A DNA stretch of 64,000 nucleotides from Williopsis jadinii (taxonomy: Eukaryota), in contig AP024665.1 of NCBI GenBank assembly GCA_024346625.1, forward strand, positions 1 through 64,000, in the 5' to 3' direction. The first letter of the stretch is position 1. Every line of letters begins with the position of its first letter. Shown one piece after another: positions 9,884 through 20,346 of the stretch. The position numbers and the translations under genes were made by a program. The notes beneath the pieces are model-generated. The model was not told the origin of the DNA, did not search any database, and saw only the letters and a program-made list of their open reading frames with translations.

Positions 9884-10663
9884 ATGGCTATTGAAAACAC
9901 TGTTGTGGTTCCAGCATACCACGAGAAGCTCAACATCAGACCTCTCACCACTAGACTCTTTGCTGCTTTGGGCAATGGCGATTCCAAGAAGACCGAGTTG
10001 ATCTTTGTCGATGATAACTCCAACGACGGTTCTGTTGAAGAGGTTGAGAAGCTCAAGACCGAAGGTTACAATGTTAGAATCATTGTCAGAACCAAGGAAA
10101 GAGGTCTCAGTTCGGCAGTTATGAGAGGCTTTGAAGAAGGTCAAGGTGAATACTTGCTCTGTATGGATGCTGATTTACAGCATCCACCAGAGAGTGTTCC
10201 AGATTTCTTCAAGGCTCTCAGAGAGTACCCATTTGTTATCGGCACAAGATATGCCGATGGTGTTGGTATCGATAAAGACTGGCCATTGTATCGTCGTGTA
10301 ATCTCATCGGGTGCGAGACTGCTTGCAAGACCTTTGACACCTGCATCAGACCCAATGAGTGGGTTCTTTGGTTTGCAGAAAAAATACCTGAAGGGAGCAA
10401 ACAACATCGACACCCAAGGCTTCAAAATCGCCTTGGAGCTGCTGGCCAAGTTGCCATTACCAAGTAAAAACCCAATTGGTGAGGTGCCATACTCATTTGG
10501 TGTTAGAACCGAAGGTGAGTCGAAACTTTCCAGCAAAGTCATGATCCAATACCTTGAGCAATTGAAGGAATTGTACCTCTTCAAATACGGTGCTGGTCCA
10601 TTGATTGCAGTTTTAGTCCTCTTGGTTGTCGTTGCGTTCTACATTCTTAGCTTGGTGTTTTAA
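9884..10663 (+). CDS. DPM1: Dolichol-phosphate mannose synthase with C-terminal membrane anchor
   Basis: VVPAYHEKLNI, VDDNSNDG, MDADLQHPPE, SDPMSGFF, hydrophobic tail. Confidence 0.97.
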   Translation: MAIENTVVVPAYHEKLNIRPLTTRLFAALGNGDSKKTELIFVDDNSNDGSVEEVEKLKTEGYNVRIIVRTKERGLSSAVMRGFEEGQGEYLLCMDADLQHPPESVPDFFKALREYPFVIGTRYADGVGIDKDWPLYRRVISSGARLLARPLTPASDPMSGFFGLQKKYLKGANNIDTQGFKIALELLAKLPLPSKNPIGEVPYSFGVRTEGESKLSSKVMIQYLEQLKELYLFKYGAGPLIAVLVLLVVVAFYILSLVF

Positions 10664-10909
10664 TACATTGTGATCCGTTAGGCTGTCAACTTATGTGCAT
10701 AGTAACGTGGTGATGTTCGGTACGGACCCTCCATACATGCCACCCGTGCATTAGCCCCCTCCCCCCGACAAGGGCTGCGCAGCGGGAAAAGCAACCAAAA
10801 CCGTAGCAAGTTCTCATTGCAACAGTAAAGATCTTTTGTAACCGTATCGAAAACACCGTTCCACCACTCCTGGATACAACTTTCGGTTCACAACGAAACT
10901 CAGCGTTCA

Positions 10910-13900
10910 ATGACTACGCTATTGCTAAGAGTTGACGAGAACGGCCATCCTTCCAATGATGGTGTGAAGTTTCTGCCTTCTTTACCGTTACCGAAGGATT
11001 ATAACAAGGGTGGCTTTCTTTTCAACGTTAGATTGTTCCTCCCAGCTTCTTGTCGTATAGCAAGAAACGGTAGGATATGGACAAACGTTCCACCTGATCC
11101 TGCAATTGAATTCCACAGAGACAGTTTCTACAAGAAGACGATCCCAGAGCAGTTCACGTCTGATATCGAGATTGATATCAAAGTTTATCAACCAGGATGT
11201 TACTCCTACTACGCTTCGTTTACCGGTGATGACGGCAAGTTGGAAACTACGAGAAGATTCTACTTTGTGGTACCCCCTTCTCTCTACATTGGTGATACTT
11301 TCCTGCCTTTGAATTCTATCGCTATGGAGTCTGTTGTTTCAAAATGGCTCGGTCCTAGGGAGAAGTGGGACGTCGTGTTCAAGGATGTCAAGCGTAAGGG
11401 TTATAACATGGTTCATTTCACACCGCTACAGCAACGTGGTGAGTCCAACTCTCCATACTCGATCTATGATCAGACTGAGTTTGATAAGGATCTGTTCAAA
11501 GATGAGGAGGATGTTGAGTCCTTCATCTCCCACTTACACAAGGACTATGGATTGCTGTCTGTTACTGATATAGTTCTAAACCATACTGCGAATAATTCAC
11601 AGTGGTTGAGGGAACACCCAGAGGCTGGCTATAACAAGGAAACTGCTCCACACTTGACATCTGCTATTGAACTAGATGGTGAGCTTTTGAAATTTAGCAG
11701 CAAGTTAAGAACCCTGGGATACCCAACAGAGGTAAACAGCATCGAGGATTTGCTGTCAATTATGGAAGGTATTAAGGAACATGTTATTGGAACATTAAAG
11801 CTGTGGGAATTTTATGTGGTGAATGTTGAAGACACATTGGAGAGCACTAAGAAGGTTTGGTCCACAACTTCTAAAGGTTCAACGGTGATTGACGTTCCTG
11901 ATGAGGTAAAATCTTCGACTGAAAGGATTGCTGAATTCGTTTCAGATGTTGCTGGCACCTTTACGCTAAAGCATAGATACTCCAATGCAGTCGAGCCAGT
12001 GATCTTCGCCGCTATTCTTCAATCGATCTATGGTGATGGTGACTTTGTTGACATTGAGCAAAGAGCCAAGGAGATCTTGAACGAGGTAAACTTGCCTCTG
12101 TACAAGGCATACGATGGTGATATCAGCATTATTCTGGAACAGTTGTTCAACAGAATCAAGTACCTTAGACTCGATAGCCACGGGCCAAGACTAGGTAAAA
12201 TCACAGAGTCGAGTCCATTGACTGAGCCATACTTTACTCGTTTTACTGGAACTGATGGAAATGAGTACCAGTTGGCCAATAACGGTTGGATTTGGGGTGG
12301 TGATCCTTTGGTTGATTTTGCCTCTGACAAATCCAAGAACTATTTGCTACGTGAAGTCATCATTTGGGGAGACTGCGTCAAATTGCGTTATGGAAAAGGA
12401 CCACAGGACTCTGAATACCTCTGGTCGAGAATGTCCAGATATGTTCAGATCAACGCTAGAATATTTGATGGGTTCCGTATCGACAACTGCCATTCGACGC
12501 CTCTCCATGTGGGTGAATACTTCCTGGACCTTGCAAGAAAGACAAACCCTCACCTATACATTGTGGCTGAACTATTTACTGGTTCAGAGTCTATTGACAA
12601 TCTCTTTGTTGAGAGATTGGGTATCACTTCTTTGATCAGAGAAGCCATGCAAGCGTGGTCTGTTGAAGAACTCTCAAGACTTGTTCATAGACATGCTGGT
12701 GCCCCAATTGGTTCCTTCCAGCCATTACCACTTGATGATTTTGCTTATCCTGCAAAAAATGAGGGTTTTTTGATCAACGACACTCTATCAGAGATCCAAA
12801 TTCCACGTATTTTGGAATCAACCAAGACCCACGCGTTGTTTATGGATTGTACGCATGATAACGAAACTCCGTTTGACAAGAGAACAGTTGAAGACACTTT
12901 ACCAAATGCCGCACTTGTGTCATTATGTTCCACTGCCGTGGGATCTGTCTTTGGGTACGATGAGTGCTACCCACATCTGTTGGATGTGGTTAACGAGAAG
13001 AGAATGTATACCGTTGGTGGTGGAATTGGAGATGTGAAGGAGAAACTTTACAATATTAGAAAGTCGATTTCTGATTCGTCGTTTATTGCAGAGGATCATG
13101 AAATGCACGTACACCATGATGGTCAATATGTCACCCTTCAGCGTGTCAATGCTAAAACTGGAGAAGGTTGGTTCCTCATCACCAGATCGAAGTTTTACCA
13201 GGACCAGGATCAATGGTTGGCTCCTATTGTATTGAAAGGAACCACAGCCGAATTTCAATTTGCTTACACATTAGTAAGAACTGGTGATCCAAGCAAGGAT
13301 GACAAGTACATAACTGGTGTTCCTACGGAAGTGCGTTCTTTGCAACCTTTGAGAGTTGAACACTTCGATGGTGACGCTCATATCAGACTTCCAGACGAGT
13401 TCCCACAAGGTTCAATTGCAATTTTGAAGACACAGTTCAACTCCGTTGATAGTAAACTTGACTCATTCTTGCGTACCGGTGCTGTTGATTCTACAAAGGG
13501 ACTCTCCCTGAGTGATATCAACGTTCTCTTGTACAGATGCGAGTCTGAAGAGAGAGATGCAAGCGCTGGAACTGATGGTGTTTACAACATTCCGAACTAC
13601 GGACGTTTGGTGTACGCTGGATTACAAGGTTGGATATCTGTGTTACGGAATGTGATCAATTCAAACGATTTAGCACATCCTATTGCCCAGCACTTGCGTA
13701 ACGGTACCTGGGCCTTGGACTATGTCACTAGAAGACTGGACAAGTATTCTGATGGTGATGGCGTTGATACATTCCGTATATGGCTGAAACATAGAATGGA
13801 GAGGATCAAAGAGGTTCCATTCTTCTTGGTTCCAAGATACTTTGCTCTGGTTATAGGAGTTGCCTATGAGGCTTTGAGACTGAAGGCTCTATGTCTTTTG

Positions 13901-15400
13901 TCGGCTGAAATCCAAACTGGCAATCTGTTTGTCCAACGTTTGGCCCTCACATCCTACCAGATGGTTGGCGAGATGCGTTCAACTTCTCTTTCACCATTCA
14001 AAGCTGTCGAGTGTATGGCTGCTGGTCTTCCTCACTTCAGTTACGATTATATGAGATGTTGGGGTAGGGACGTGTTCATCTCCACTAGAGGCTTGTTGCT
14101 TGCTACAGGGAGGTTTGACGATGCTAAGAATCACATCCTGAATTTTGCTTCAACGTTGAAACACGGATTGATCCCAAACTTGCTGGATGCTGGGAGAAAC
14201 CCTCGTTACAACGCAAGAGATGCGGCTTGGTTCTTTGTTCAGTGTATTCAGGATTATGTTGATATTGTACCAAATGGTGAAGAAATTTTGAAGGAGAAGG
14301 TTAAGAGACGATTCCCTTTGGATGACAGATACATCACTTTTGACGATCCAGAGGCGTTCAGTTATGAGACTTCAATTGAGGATATCGTTTATGAGATCCT
14401 TAGTCGTCATGCGAAGGGTATCGAATACCGTGAAGCCAATGCTGGTCCACGCTTGGATAGTCAGATGAAGGATGAAGGTTTTAACGTGAAAATTTTTGTT
14501 GACTGGACCACTGGGTTGGTTCATGGTGGTTCTCAACTCAACTGTGGTACTTGGATGGACAAGATGGGTGAAAGTTCCAAAGCTGGGAACAAGGGTATTC
14601 CTGGGACTCCTAGAGATGGTGCGGATGTCGAAATAAACGGTCTCTTGAAAAGCTGTTTAAGGTTTGTGATTTCTCTGAACAAGCGTGGTCTCTTTAAGTA
14701 TACGGAAGTTATCAAGGATGACGGTTCCAAGATATCTCTCCAGGACTGGAATCAGCTCATACAGGATAAGTTTGAATGGGCGTTCTACGTCCCAAAGGAT
14801 CCAAAGGATGACCACAAGTATGCGGTTAACCCCAATATTGTGAACAGAAGAGGCATTTACAAGGATATTTACAAATCAGGCAAAGAATACGAAGACTACC
14901 AACTCAGACCAAATTTTGCCATTGCCATGACTGTTGCACCAGAGCTCTTTGACCCGCAGAGGGCTTACGATGCTCTGAAATTAGCAGATGAAGTTATTCG
15001 TGGGCCACTAGGTATGAGAACTTTAGATCCATCTGATTTGAACTATAGACCAAACTATATCAACTCTGATGACTCTGACGACTTTGCTGTTGCCAAGGGA
15101 AGAAACTACCACCAAGGTCCAGAATGGGTATGGTGTATGGGCTTCTTCCTAAGGGCATTGCAGAAGTTCCACCTAAAAGTTTACCATGAAACCAGCTCCA
15201 CTGCAGTTGCCGATCTTTACCAGATTCTCACCGTCAGACTCGACAGACATAGACATTGGATCAGAGAAAGTCCATGGGCTGGTCTCACCGAGCTGACAAA
15301 CAAGGATGGTGCTCTCTGTTCCGACTCGTCACCTTCACAGGCGTGGAGTACTAGTTGTTTGCTTGATGTATACTACGACATCTGGAGTGATAAAATTTAA
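10910..15400 (+). CDS. GDB1: Glycogen debranching enzyme
   Basis: RGESNSPYSIYDQ, GFRIDNCHSTP, DCTHDNE, RCWGRD, NYHQGPEW; 1496 aa. Confidence 0.98.
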   Translation: MTTLLLRVDENGHPSNDGVKFLPSLPLPKDYNKGGFLFNVRLFLPASCRIARNGRIWTNVPPDPAIEFHRDSFYKKTIPEQFTSDIEIDIKVYQPGCYSYYASFTGDDGKLETTRRFYFVVPPSLYIGDTFLPLNSIAMESVVSKWLGPREKWDVVFKDVKRKGYNMVHFTPLQQRGESNSPYSIYDQTEFDKDLFKDEEDVESFISHLHKDYGLLSVTDIVLNHTANNSQWLREHPEAGYNKETAPHLTSAIELDGELLKFSSKLRTLGYPTEVNSIEDLLSIMEGIKEHVIGTLKLWEFYVVNVEDTLESTKKVWSTTSKGSTVIDVPDEVKSSTERIAEFVSDVAGTFTLKHRYSNAVEPVIFAAILQSIYGDGDFVDIEQRAKEILNEVNLPLYKAYDGDISIILEQLFNRIKYLRLDSHGPRLGKITESSPLTEPYFTRFTGTDGNEYQLANNGWIWGGDPLVDFASDKSKNYLLREVIIWGDCVKLRYGKGPQDSEYLWSRMSRYVQINARIFDGFRIDNCHSTPLHVGEYFLDLARKTNPHLYIVAELFTGSESIDNLFVERLGITSLIREAMQAWSVEELSRLVHRHAGAPIGSFQPLPLDDFAYPAKNEGFLINDTLSEIQIPRILESTKTHALFMDCTHDNETPFDKRTVEDTLPNAALVSLCSTAVGSVFGYDECYPHLLDVVNEKRMYTVGGGIGDVKEKLYNIRKSISDSSFIAEDHEMHVHHDGQYVTLQRVNAKTGEGWFLITRSKFYQDQDQWLAPIVLKGTTAEFQFAYTLVRTGDPSKDDKYITGVPTEVRSLQPLRVEHFDGDAHIRLPDEFPQGSIAILKTQFNSVDSKLDSFLRTGAVDSTKGLSLSDINVLLYRCESEERDASAGTDGVYNIPNYGRLVYAGLQGWISVLRNVINSNDLAHPIAQHLRNGTWALDYVTRRLDKYSDGDGVDTFRIWLKHRMERIKEVPFFLVPRYFALVIGVAYEALRLKALCLLSAEIQTGNLFVQRLALTSYQMVGEMRSTSLSPFKAVECMAAGLPHFSYDYMRCWGRDVFISTRGLLLATGRFDDAKNHILNFASTLKHGLIPNLLDAGRNPRYNARDAAWFFVQCIQDYVDIVPNGEEILKEKVKRRFPLDDRYITFDDPEAFSYETSIEDIVYEILSRHAKGIEYREANAGPRLDSQMKDEGFNVKIFVDWTTGLVHGGSQLNCGTWMDKMGESSKAGNKGIPGTPRDGADVEINGLLKSCLRFVISLNKRGLFKYTEVIKDDGSKISLQDWNQLIQDKFEWAFYVPKDPKDDHKYAVNPNIVNRRGIYKDIYKSGKEYEDYQLRPNFAIAMTVAPELFDPQRAYDALKLADEVIRGPLGMRTLDPSDLNYRPNYINSDDSDDFAVAKGRNYHQGPEWVWCMGFFLRALQKFHLKVYHETSSTAVADLYQILTVRLDRHRHWIRESPWAGLTELTNKDGALCSDSSPSQAWSTSCLLDVYYDIWSDKI

Positions 15401-15771
15401 CCTCCGACTCCACCCCATATTTTGCTTAGAGAGCTTTATACATTAGATTGAACTATTAGATTAGTGTTATTTTTTTGATTACCATCAACCACATCATAAC
15501 ATAAACAAAAGGGTCTTTATTTGATTTGAGCGTCATCTGGTGTAGCTGCACAGGTTGGTCACATGTTGATTGTGTTATCTCTAATGTTGAGAACGGGGTA
15601 AAAACGCGATAGTGGGTCACAACCAGAAATTTGCGTATATAATCAGCGCACTACTATAATTAGGCAGATAGAGCCTCCTCTTCCACCGTCGTATAAAAAC
15701 ACTGAAGGAACCCGCCACCATAATAAGAAGCAATAGTGCTGTTGCCGTGGTATCACACTTCATCACCAGCA

Positions 15772-17493
15772 ATGTCAGCATCCAACAAGAAGGAAAAGAT
15801 TGGACAGGTGGTGCAGAACTTCTACCTCAAGGCTGCCAATGTGATTGTGCAATCGCGTCAAACCAATGGCCAAGGGGAACTACAAGAACCACCGAGTATT
15901 GGTGGTGACAAATCCGCTGGGAAGCTGAACAAGTGGTTTAACTTGAATACCAATGACCCGCCACGTGAAGATCTCAAGCCATGGAAGACAGGCTCTGTAT
16001 CGTCGCTCCCGCCGTTGGTTGTTGAGACGTACCTAGACTTGAGATCACTAACGCCCAAACATGCCCTGCTGGTAAAGGATGAGCAAGGTGGTACATGGAA
16101 TATCAACACAAAGAAGTCAGAGATAGTGATGGAAAGATGGCTTATCGAGTTGGATCGAGACGTGTTTACGGAGGAAGATGTAGAGGAGGAGGACTTGCCC
16201 CTCGTGTACAAGAAGTTGATCCTAACATTCCGATACTTGTTTGTCATTTCAAGGCTGTTGCCATGTTTCAAGTTGATGAAGAAGTTGAACAAGGCGAATT
16301 TGACCCGGGTTCCTCTGAGGGTTGGCGCTAGAATCATGGATGGCACCAAACAGATAGTGTCGAGAGGGAGAATTGGGTTGAGTAAGCCTATGGTTACAAC
16401 ATCGGAGGACCATCTTCTCAAGAAATATATGAGCCCAGTGACCACTCGTTTGGGAGCGTTGAGAATATCTGTGACTTACCGTAAGCACATCAACTTCCAA
16501 ATCAGCGATAACGAGGAATCCCTATCGAATCATTTTCAACACATTGACAAGTATAAGAATACTGCATCAGTTCTAAAGACGTTCAAATTAGGACAGGCAT
16601 CGCCGCCAACCAGTGTTTCTTCATCAACGAGGAACGGTTCAAATGGTTCGATTGCTCAGGCCCTCAAGATACAAAGAAGCGGGTCTACCGGTACAACAAA
16701 CAACGTTAACGCTAATAGTAACAACATCAACTCAATTCCAAGATCAATAACATCATCCGTGGGGTCTATGGGTATCCCTCAACACCCCCAGGATGTTCCA
16801 ATATCATCTGGGAGCACTCCTAAGTACTCTTCCTCCTTTGGTAAGATTGCAAGACGCTCCAGTTTGAGAAGATCATCGTTGTCAAGTTCCAAACAGCCAT
16901 CACCGGTTGACGACGATGAGATAAATGATTTTGTGAGGATGTTGGATAACAAATCAGATCTCCAATTGCACTACTCCAACAATGTTCGTGATTCCTTGGA
17001 GAAGTACCAAATGCTAAAGAGCCGAAATGATCTATTGACTGAAAGCATGACTGCAAGCATGTACTCCAAATCCCACTCACCTCCGCCTTCTATTCCTGCT
17101 GCCGGCACACCGTCAAGTTCACTGTGGCCACACAGACAAACTTCTGGCTCTCCTCGCTCAGCATATAATTATTCAATCCCAATGATGCCGTCCAAGTTAT
17201 CTGAGACAACAAGCAGTAATGAATCATTGCCTGTTAGAGATAAGAGTGGTCCAATATCTAGGGCTGGTTCTGCATCACCTGGCTCAATATTCAAGAGAAG
17301 TGGAACAAAGACATTTAATATTGGTCCTTCAACCCCTACAATTGCATCAACACAAACACATGCTAAACTACATCGTACTCATCAAACTGGATCCATAGAT
17401 TCTGCACAGGAATTGCCAACCGCAACTCAAGGAGGCGATGAGGAAGATGATGAACTTCTCTTCACTATGAGCGATATGCACATTGTCAAATGA
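15772..17493 (+). CDS. ATG13: Autophagy protein Atg13 (HORMA domain plus disordered Ser-rich tail)
   Basis: QVVQNFYLKAA, NKWFNL, ERWLIEL, KYSSSFG, C-terminal DDELLFTMSDM; follows GDB1 as in S. cerevisiae. Confidence 0.93.
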   Translation: MSASNKKEKIGQVVQNFYLKAANVIVQSRQTNGQGELQEPPSIGGDKSAGKLNKWFNLNTNDPPREDLKPWKTGSVSSLPPLVVETYLDLRSLTPKHALLVKDEQGGTWNINTKKSEIVMERWLIELDRDVFTEEDVEEEDLPLVYKKLILTFRYLFVISRLLPCFKLMKKLNKANLTRVPLRVGARIMDGTKQIVSRGRIGLSKPMVTTSEDHLLKKYMSPVTTRLGALRISVTYRKHINFQISDNEESLSNHFQHIDKYKNTASVLKTFKLGQASPPTSVSSSTRNGSNGSIAQALKIQRSGSTGTTNNVNANSNNINSIPRSITSSVGSMGIPQHPQDVPISSGSTPKYSSSFGKIARRSSLRRSSLSSSKQPSPVDDDEINDFVRMLDNKSDLQLHYSNNVRDSLEKYQMLKSRNDLLTESMTASMYSKSHSPPPSIPAAGTPSSSLWPHRQTSGSPRSAYNYSIPMMPSKLSETTSSNESLPVRDKSGPISRAGSASPGSIFKRSGTKTFNIGPSTPTIASTQTHAKLHRTHQTGSIDSAQELPTATQGGDEEDDELLFTMSDMHIVK

Positions 17494-17627
17494 ACAAGAG
17501 AACGATTACACTTAACCGCAGACGAATGGCTATTTATGACGCTTACAATTCAATTTCAATGACTTTCTTTATTACGCCTTTAGTATATAAAAGATTCCCG
17601 TCGTATTGTCCCTTGTATTAGATGTAT

Positions 17628-18749
17628 CTAGATCATTTCATCAGAATGGTTGGGCGTAGAAACGATGCCACTTGTATCTGATGTCCTAGAAACCATTAAT
17701 AAACCCTTTGCTGCGTGCAATTCAGCACACTTTTCATGCCATGTCAAGTGTCTCTTTAGATCCATATCTCTTTTAAACATACGAGAACAGTTCTGATGGT
17801 GGCATTGTACAACATCATCAGGTTTTTTAACTGTTGACAATAATATTTCAATGGCTGGCTTCTTTGACAGCATTGTCTCCACCTTTTCCGTGCTGAGAAT
17901 CCTCGAAGCCGGAGGTTCGCTCTTGGCCACGGCGATTTTGACACTGTTTGGTATAAACATGTGCACCTCGTTGCAATGTGTCAACAGCTCCTCCTTTTTC
18001 AAGAACTCTGAAGGACATTCTGAGCATTTCCATCTTTTGTGAGATTTTTCATCGTCATGAACAAGCATGTGCATTCTTAAACCTTCTTGACCGACACATC
18101 CCTTTCCGCAAACAGTGCACATCAACTTGGGATGGTCAGTCTTCATGTGCAGTTGCAGTGCAGACCAAGTCTTCAAGTGTTTTAAACATCCAGGGTAATC
18201 GCACGGATAAGCTGGCGACGCACCATGGTGCCTTGTCATGTGGTTAGCCAACCTATATGGTCTCGGGAACGTCTTACCACAATCCTTACATGTTAGCGTT
18301 TGCAAATGAACAGATTGAACATGGTGCCTCAGCTGCTGGTGTTTATAGAATGCCTCACCACACCCTTCGTAGTCACATTCGAACGACTTTGTATGAGTAA
18401 CTTCATGACGCTTCAGGTGCTGTCTGGTGTTGACACCTTTCCCGCATACCGAGCACTTGAAGGGCTTCTCATCCGAATGTGACAGCATATGCCTTTTCAA
18501 GTGTGACTCCCTGTAAAACGCACTTGAGCATATCTCACATGTAAACGGCCGTGAATCAGTGTGCGATCTTTGATGTTGTGTCAGAAGACTTGGTCTCGAG
18601 TATACCTTATCGCATCCCTCATAATCACAGTGGTAGATCTTGGGCCTTGATGACTGTGACGACGACCGTGAAGAGCCACACGACGTTAGCCCTGTGTCAA
18701 CAGAATTTTCACGTCCTCTGGAGGAGCGTGAGGAGTCACCACTGACCAT
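17628..18749 (-). CDS. PZF1: Transcription factor IIIA (C2H2 zinc-finger array)
   Basis: Tandem C2H2 fingers starting [21 protein letters not shown], with a separated last finger. Divergent from RPO26. ATG at 18749. Confidence 0.93.
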   Translation of the reverse strand: MVSGDSSRSSRGRENSVDTGLTSCGSSRSSSQSSRPKIYHCDYEGCDKVYSRPSLLTQHQRSHTDSRPFTCEICSSAFYRESHLKRHMLSHSDEKPFKCSVCGKGVNTRQHLKRHEVTHTKSFECDYEGCGEAFYKHQQLRHHVQSVHLQTLTCKDCGKTFPRPYRLANHMTRHHGASPAYPCDYPGCLKHLKTWSALQLHMKTDHPKLMCTVCGKGCVGQEGLRMHMLVHDDEKSHKRWKCSECPSEFLKKEELLTHCNEVHMFIPNSVKIAVAKSEPPASRILSTEKVETMLSKKPAIEILLSTVKKPDDVVQCHHQNCSRMFKRDMDLKRHLTWHEKCAELHAAKGLLMVSRTSDTSGIVSTPNHSDEMI

Positions 18750-19028
18750 TGTAAACCAAACAGTTGATGAGAAGAAGGTGTTTATATACAAAGCGATGAG
18801 ATGTAATCGTTAAAAAAGTTTTCTTTTGTACTGCCACAAAAAGAAAAAACAATGGAGGGGAAAACGATCACGTGAAGCTTACATAATCACTTTTGTGTTT
18901 CTCCCAACACGGACGAAAACTTTTCTCAGCCTAAATTCATTAACCATCGTTTCGGTCTAAATTGGTGTTAGTTTCTCTCTCTAATTGCAAGGATTCGAGG
19001 TGTACAAGGGCGGCTCTCAGTATAAACA

Positions 19029-19484
19029 ATGTCTGATTACGGTGATGATGCATTCAACGAAGGTAACGAGAATTTTGAAGACTTTGACCAGGAGTACAAC
19101 TCTGACTACGAAGACTTGCAACCAGTAGAGGAAGTTGCAGAAGATGGAAGAGTAATTGTCAACGGTGGTACTGGAGCTGAGGGATTCAACAATGATCAAC
19201 AAAGAAGAAAGACTACCAAGGAGCTTGCTATTCCTAAGGAGAAGAGAACAACGACTCCATATATGACCAAGTACGAAAGAGCCAGAATATTGGGTACCAG
19301 AGCACTGCAGATCTCCATGAATGCACCAGTGTTGGTGGACCTTGAAGGTGAAACTGATCCACTTCAAATCGCCCTTAAGGAGCTCTCTCAAAGCAAGATC
19401 CCACTTGTTATAAGAAGATACCTTCCGGATGGAAGTTATGAAGACTGGGGATGTGACGAGTTGATTGTGGATATTGATGTCTAA
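19029..19484 (+). CDS. RPO26: RNA polymerase I/II/III common subunit Rpb6
   Basis: [39 protein letters not shown]. Confidence 0.98.
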   Translation: MSDYGDDAFNEGNENFEDFDQEYNSDYEDLQPVEEVAEDGRVIVNGGTGAEGFNNDQQRRKTTKELAIPKEKRTTTPYMTKYERARILGTRALQISMNAPVLVDLEGETDPLQIALKELSQSKIPLVIRRYLPDGSYEDWGCDELIVDIDV

Positions 19485-19657
19485 TTTTAAGGTGTAACAT
19501 TACAAACTGGAAGTGGGGCGGTTCGACAAGAGAAGATAGTTAGAACAGTGTGTAACATAGAAGTCTATTTCACTATAGATCCAAACCCACCCACACACAA
19601 AACAAACATAATGAACGGGAAATTAAAAACAAAAGAAATACTTAGTAGAGGATCGAC

Positions 19658-20119
19658 CTAATTCGATAAATAACTGATGAACTCTTTGCCGTTGAACACC
19701 TTCTCTCCATCCATACGCTCTTTGGCAAAGTCCGCCAATATGGAGTCCAATTCATCCGTGTCCATGCCAACGTTCTTCAAACTCTCCCTCATTTCGTCCA
19801 TATTGACCTCGCAATCAAAAGAAAACACCTGTAAGGCGCTTTGAATGTCTGACTTATCGGGCAACTGCGCCAAATCATTGGATATTAGAGAGAGGAAATC
19901 TGTGAACCCAACTTCACCTGATGCGAGCATCGAATCAATCTCTTGATCGCTCTTCTCGACGGATATCGACTTGAACGTCTTCTGTAAATCTTCCTTGGAG
20001 ATGGTCCCATCGCTATCCTGGTCCACTAGTTGAAACGCATCTCGAAGCCTTTCAATCTGTTCAGCAGGAAGCTGTGTAAGCTTGGAACGTTTCTGAGGAC
20101 TTGTTAAACCATCTGACAT
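19658..20119 (-). CDS. MLC2: Myosin II regulatory light chain (EF-hand)
   Basis: LRDAFQLVDQDSDGTISKEDL EF-hand; position next to RPO26. Confidence 0.85.
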   Translation of the reverse strand: MSDGLTSPQKRSKLTQLPAEQIERLRDAFQLVDQDSDGTISKEDLQKTFKSISVEKSDQEIDSMLASGEVGFTDFLSLISNDLAQLPDKSDIQSALQVFSFDCEVNMDEMRESLKNVGMDTDELDSILADFAKERMDGEKVFNGKEFISYLSN

Positions 20120-20346
20120 CTTTACAAATACGATAAGGTACCGCAATAACTGCTATGAGTAAAGAGCTCAAGATAGAGCTTGTTAAGGAAAAGTTGTGTT
20201 TATCTATTTCCCCTTTGAGCCAAATCCGAGGGTGTAAATATTTATTTGTTGGTATCGGTTAACCGGAACTCGGCTACTTCTAATATGGCGTTACAACCGA
20301 TTTTATTAAGTGAATAACACTGTATTAACCTCATAGGTATTGGCTA

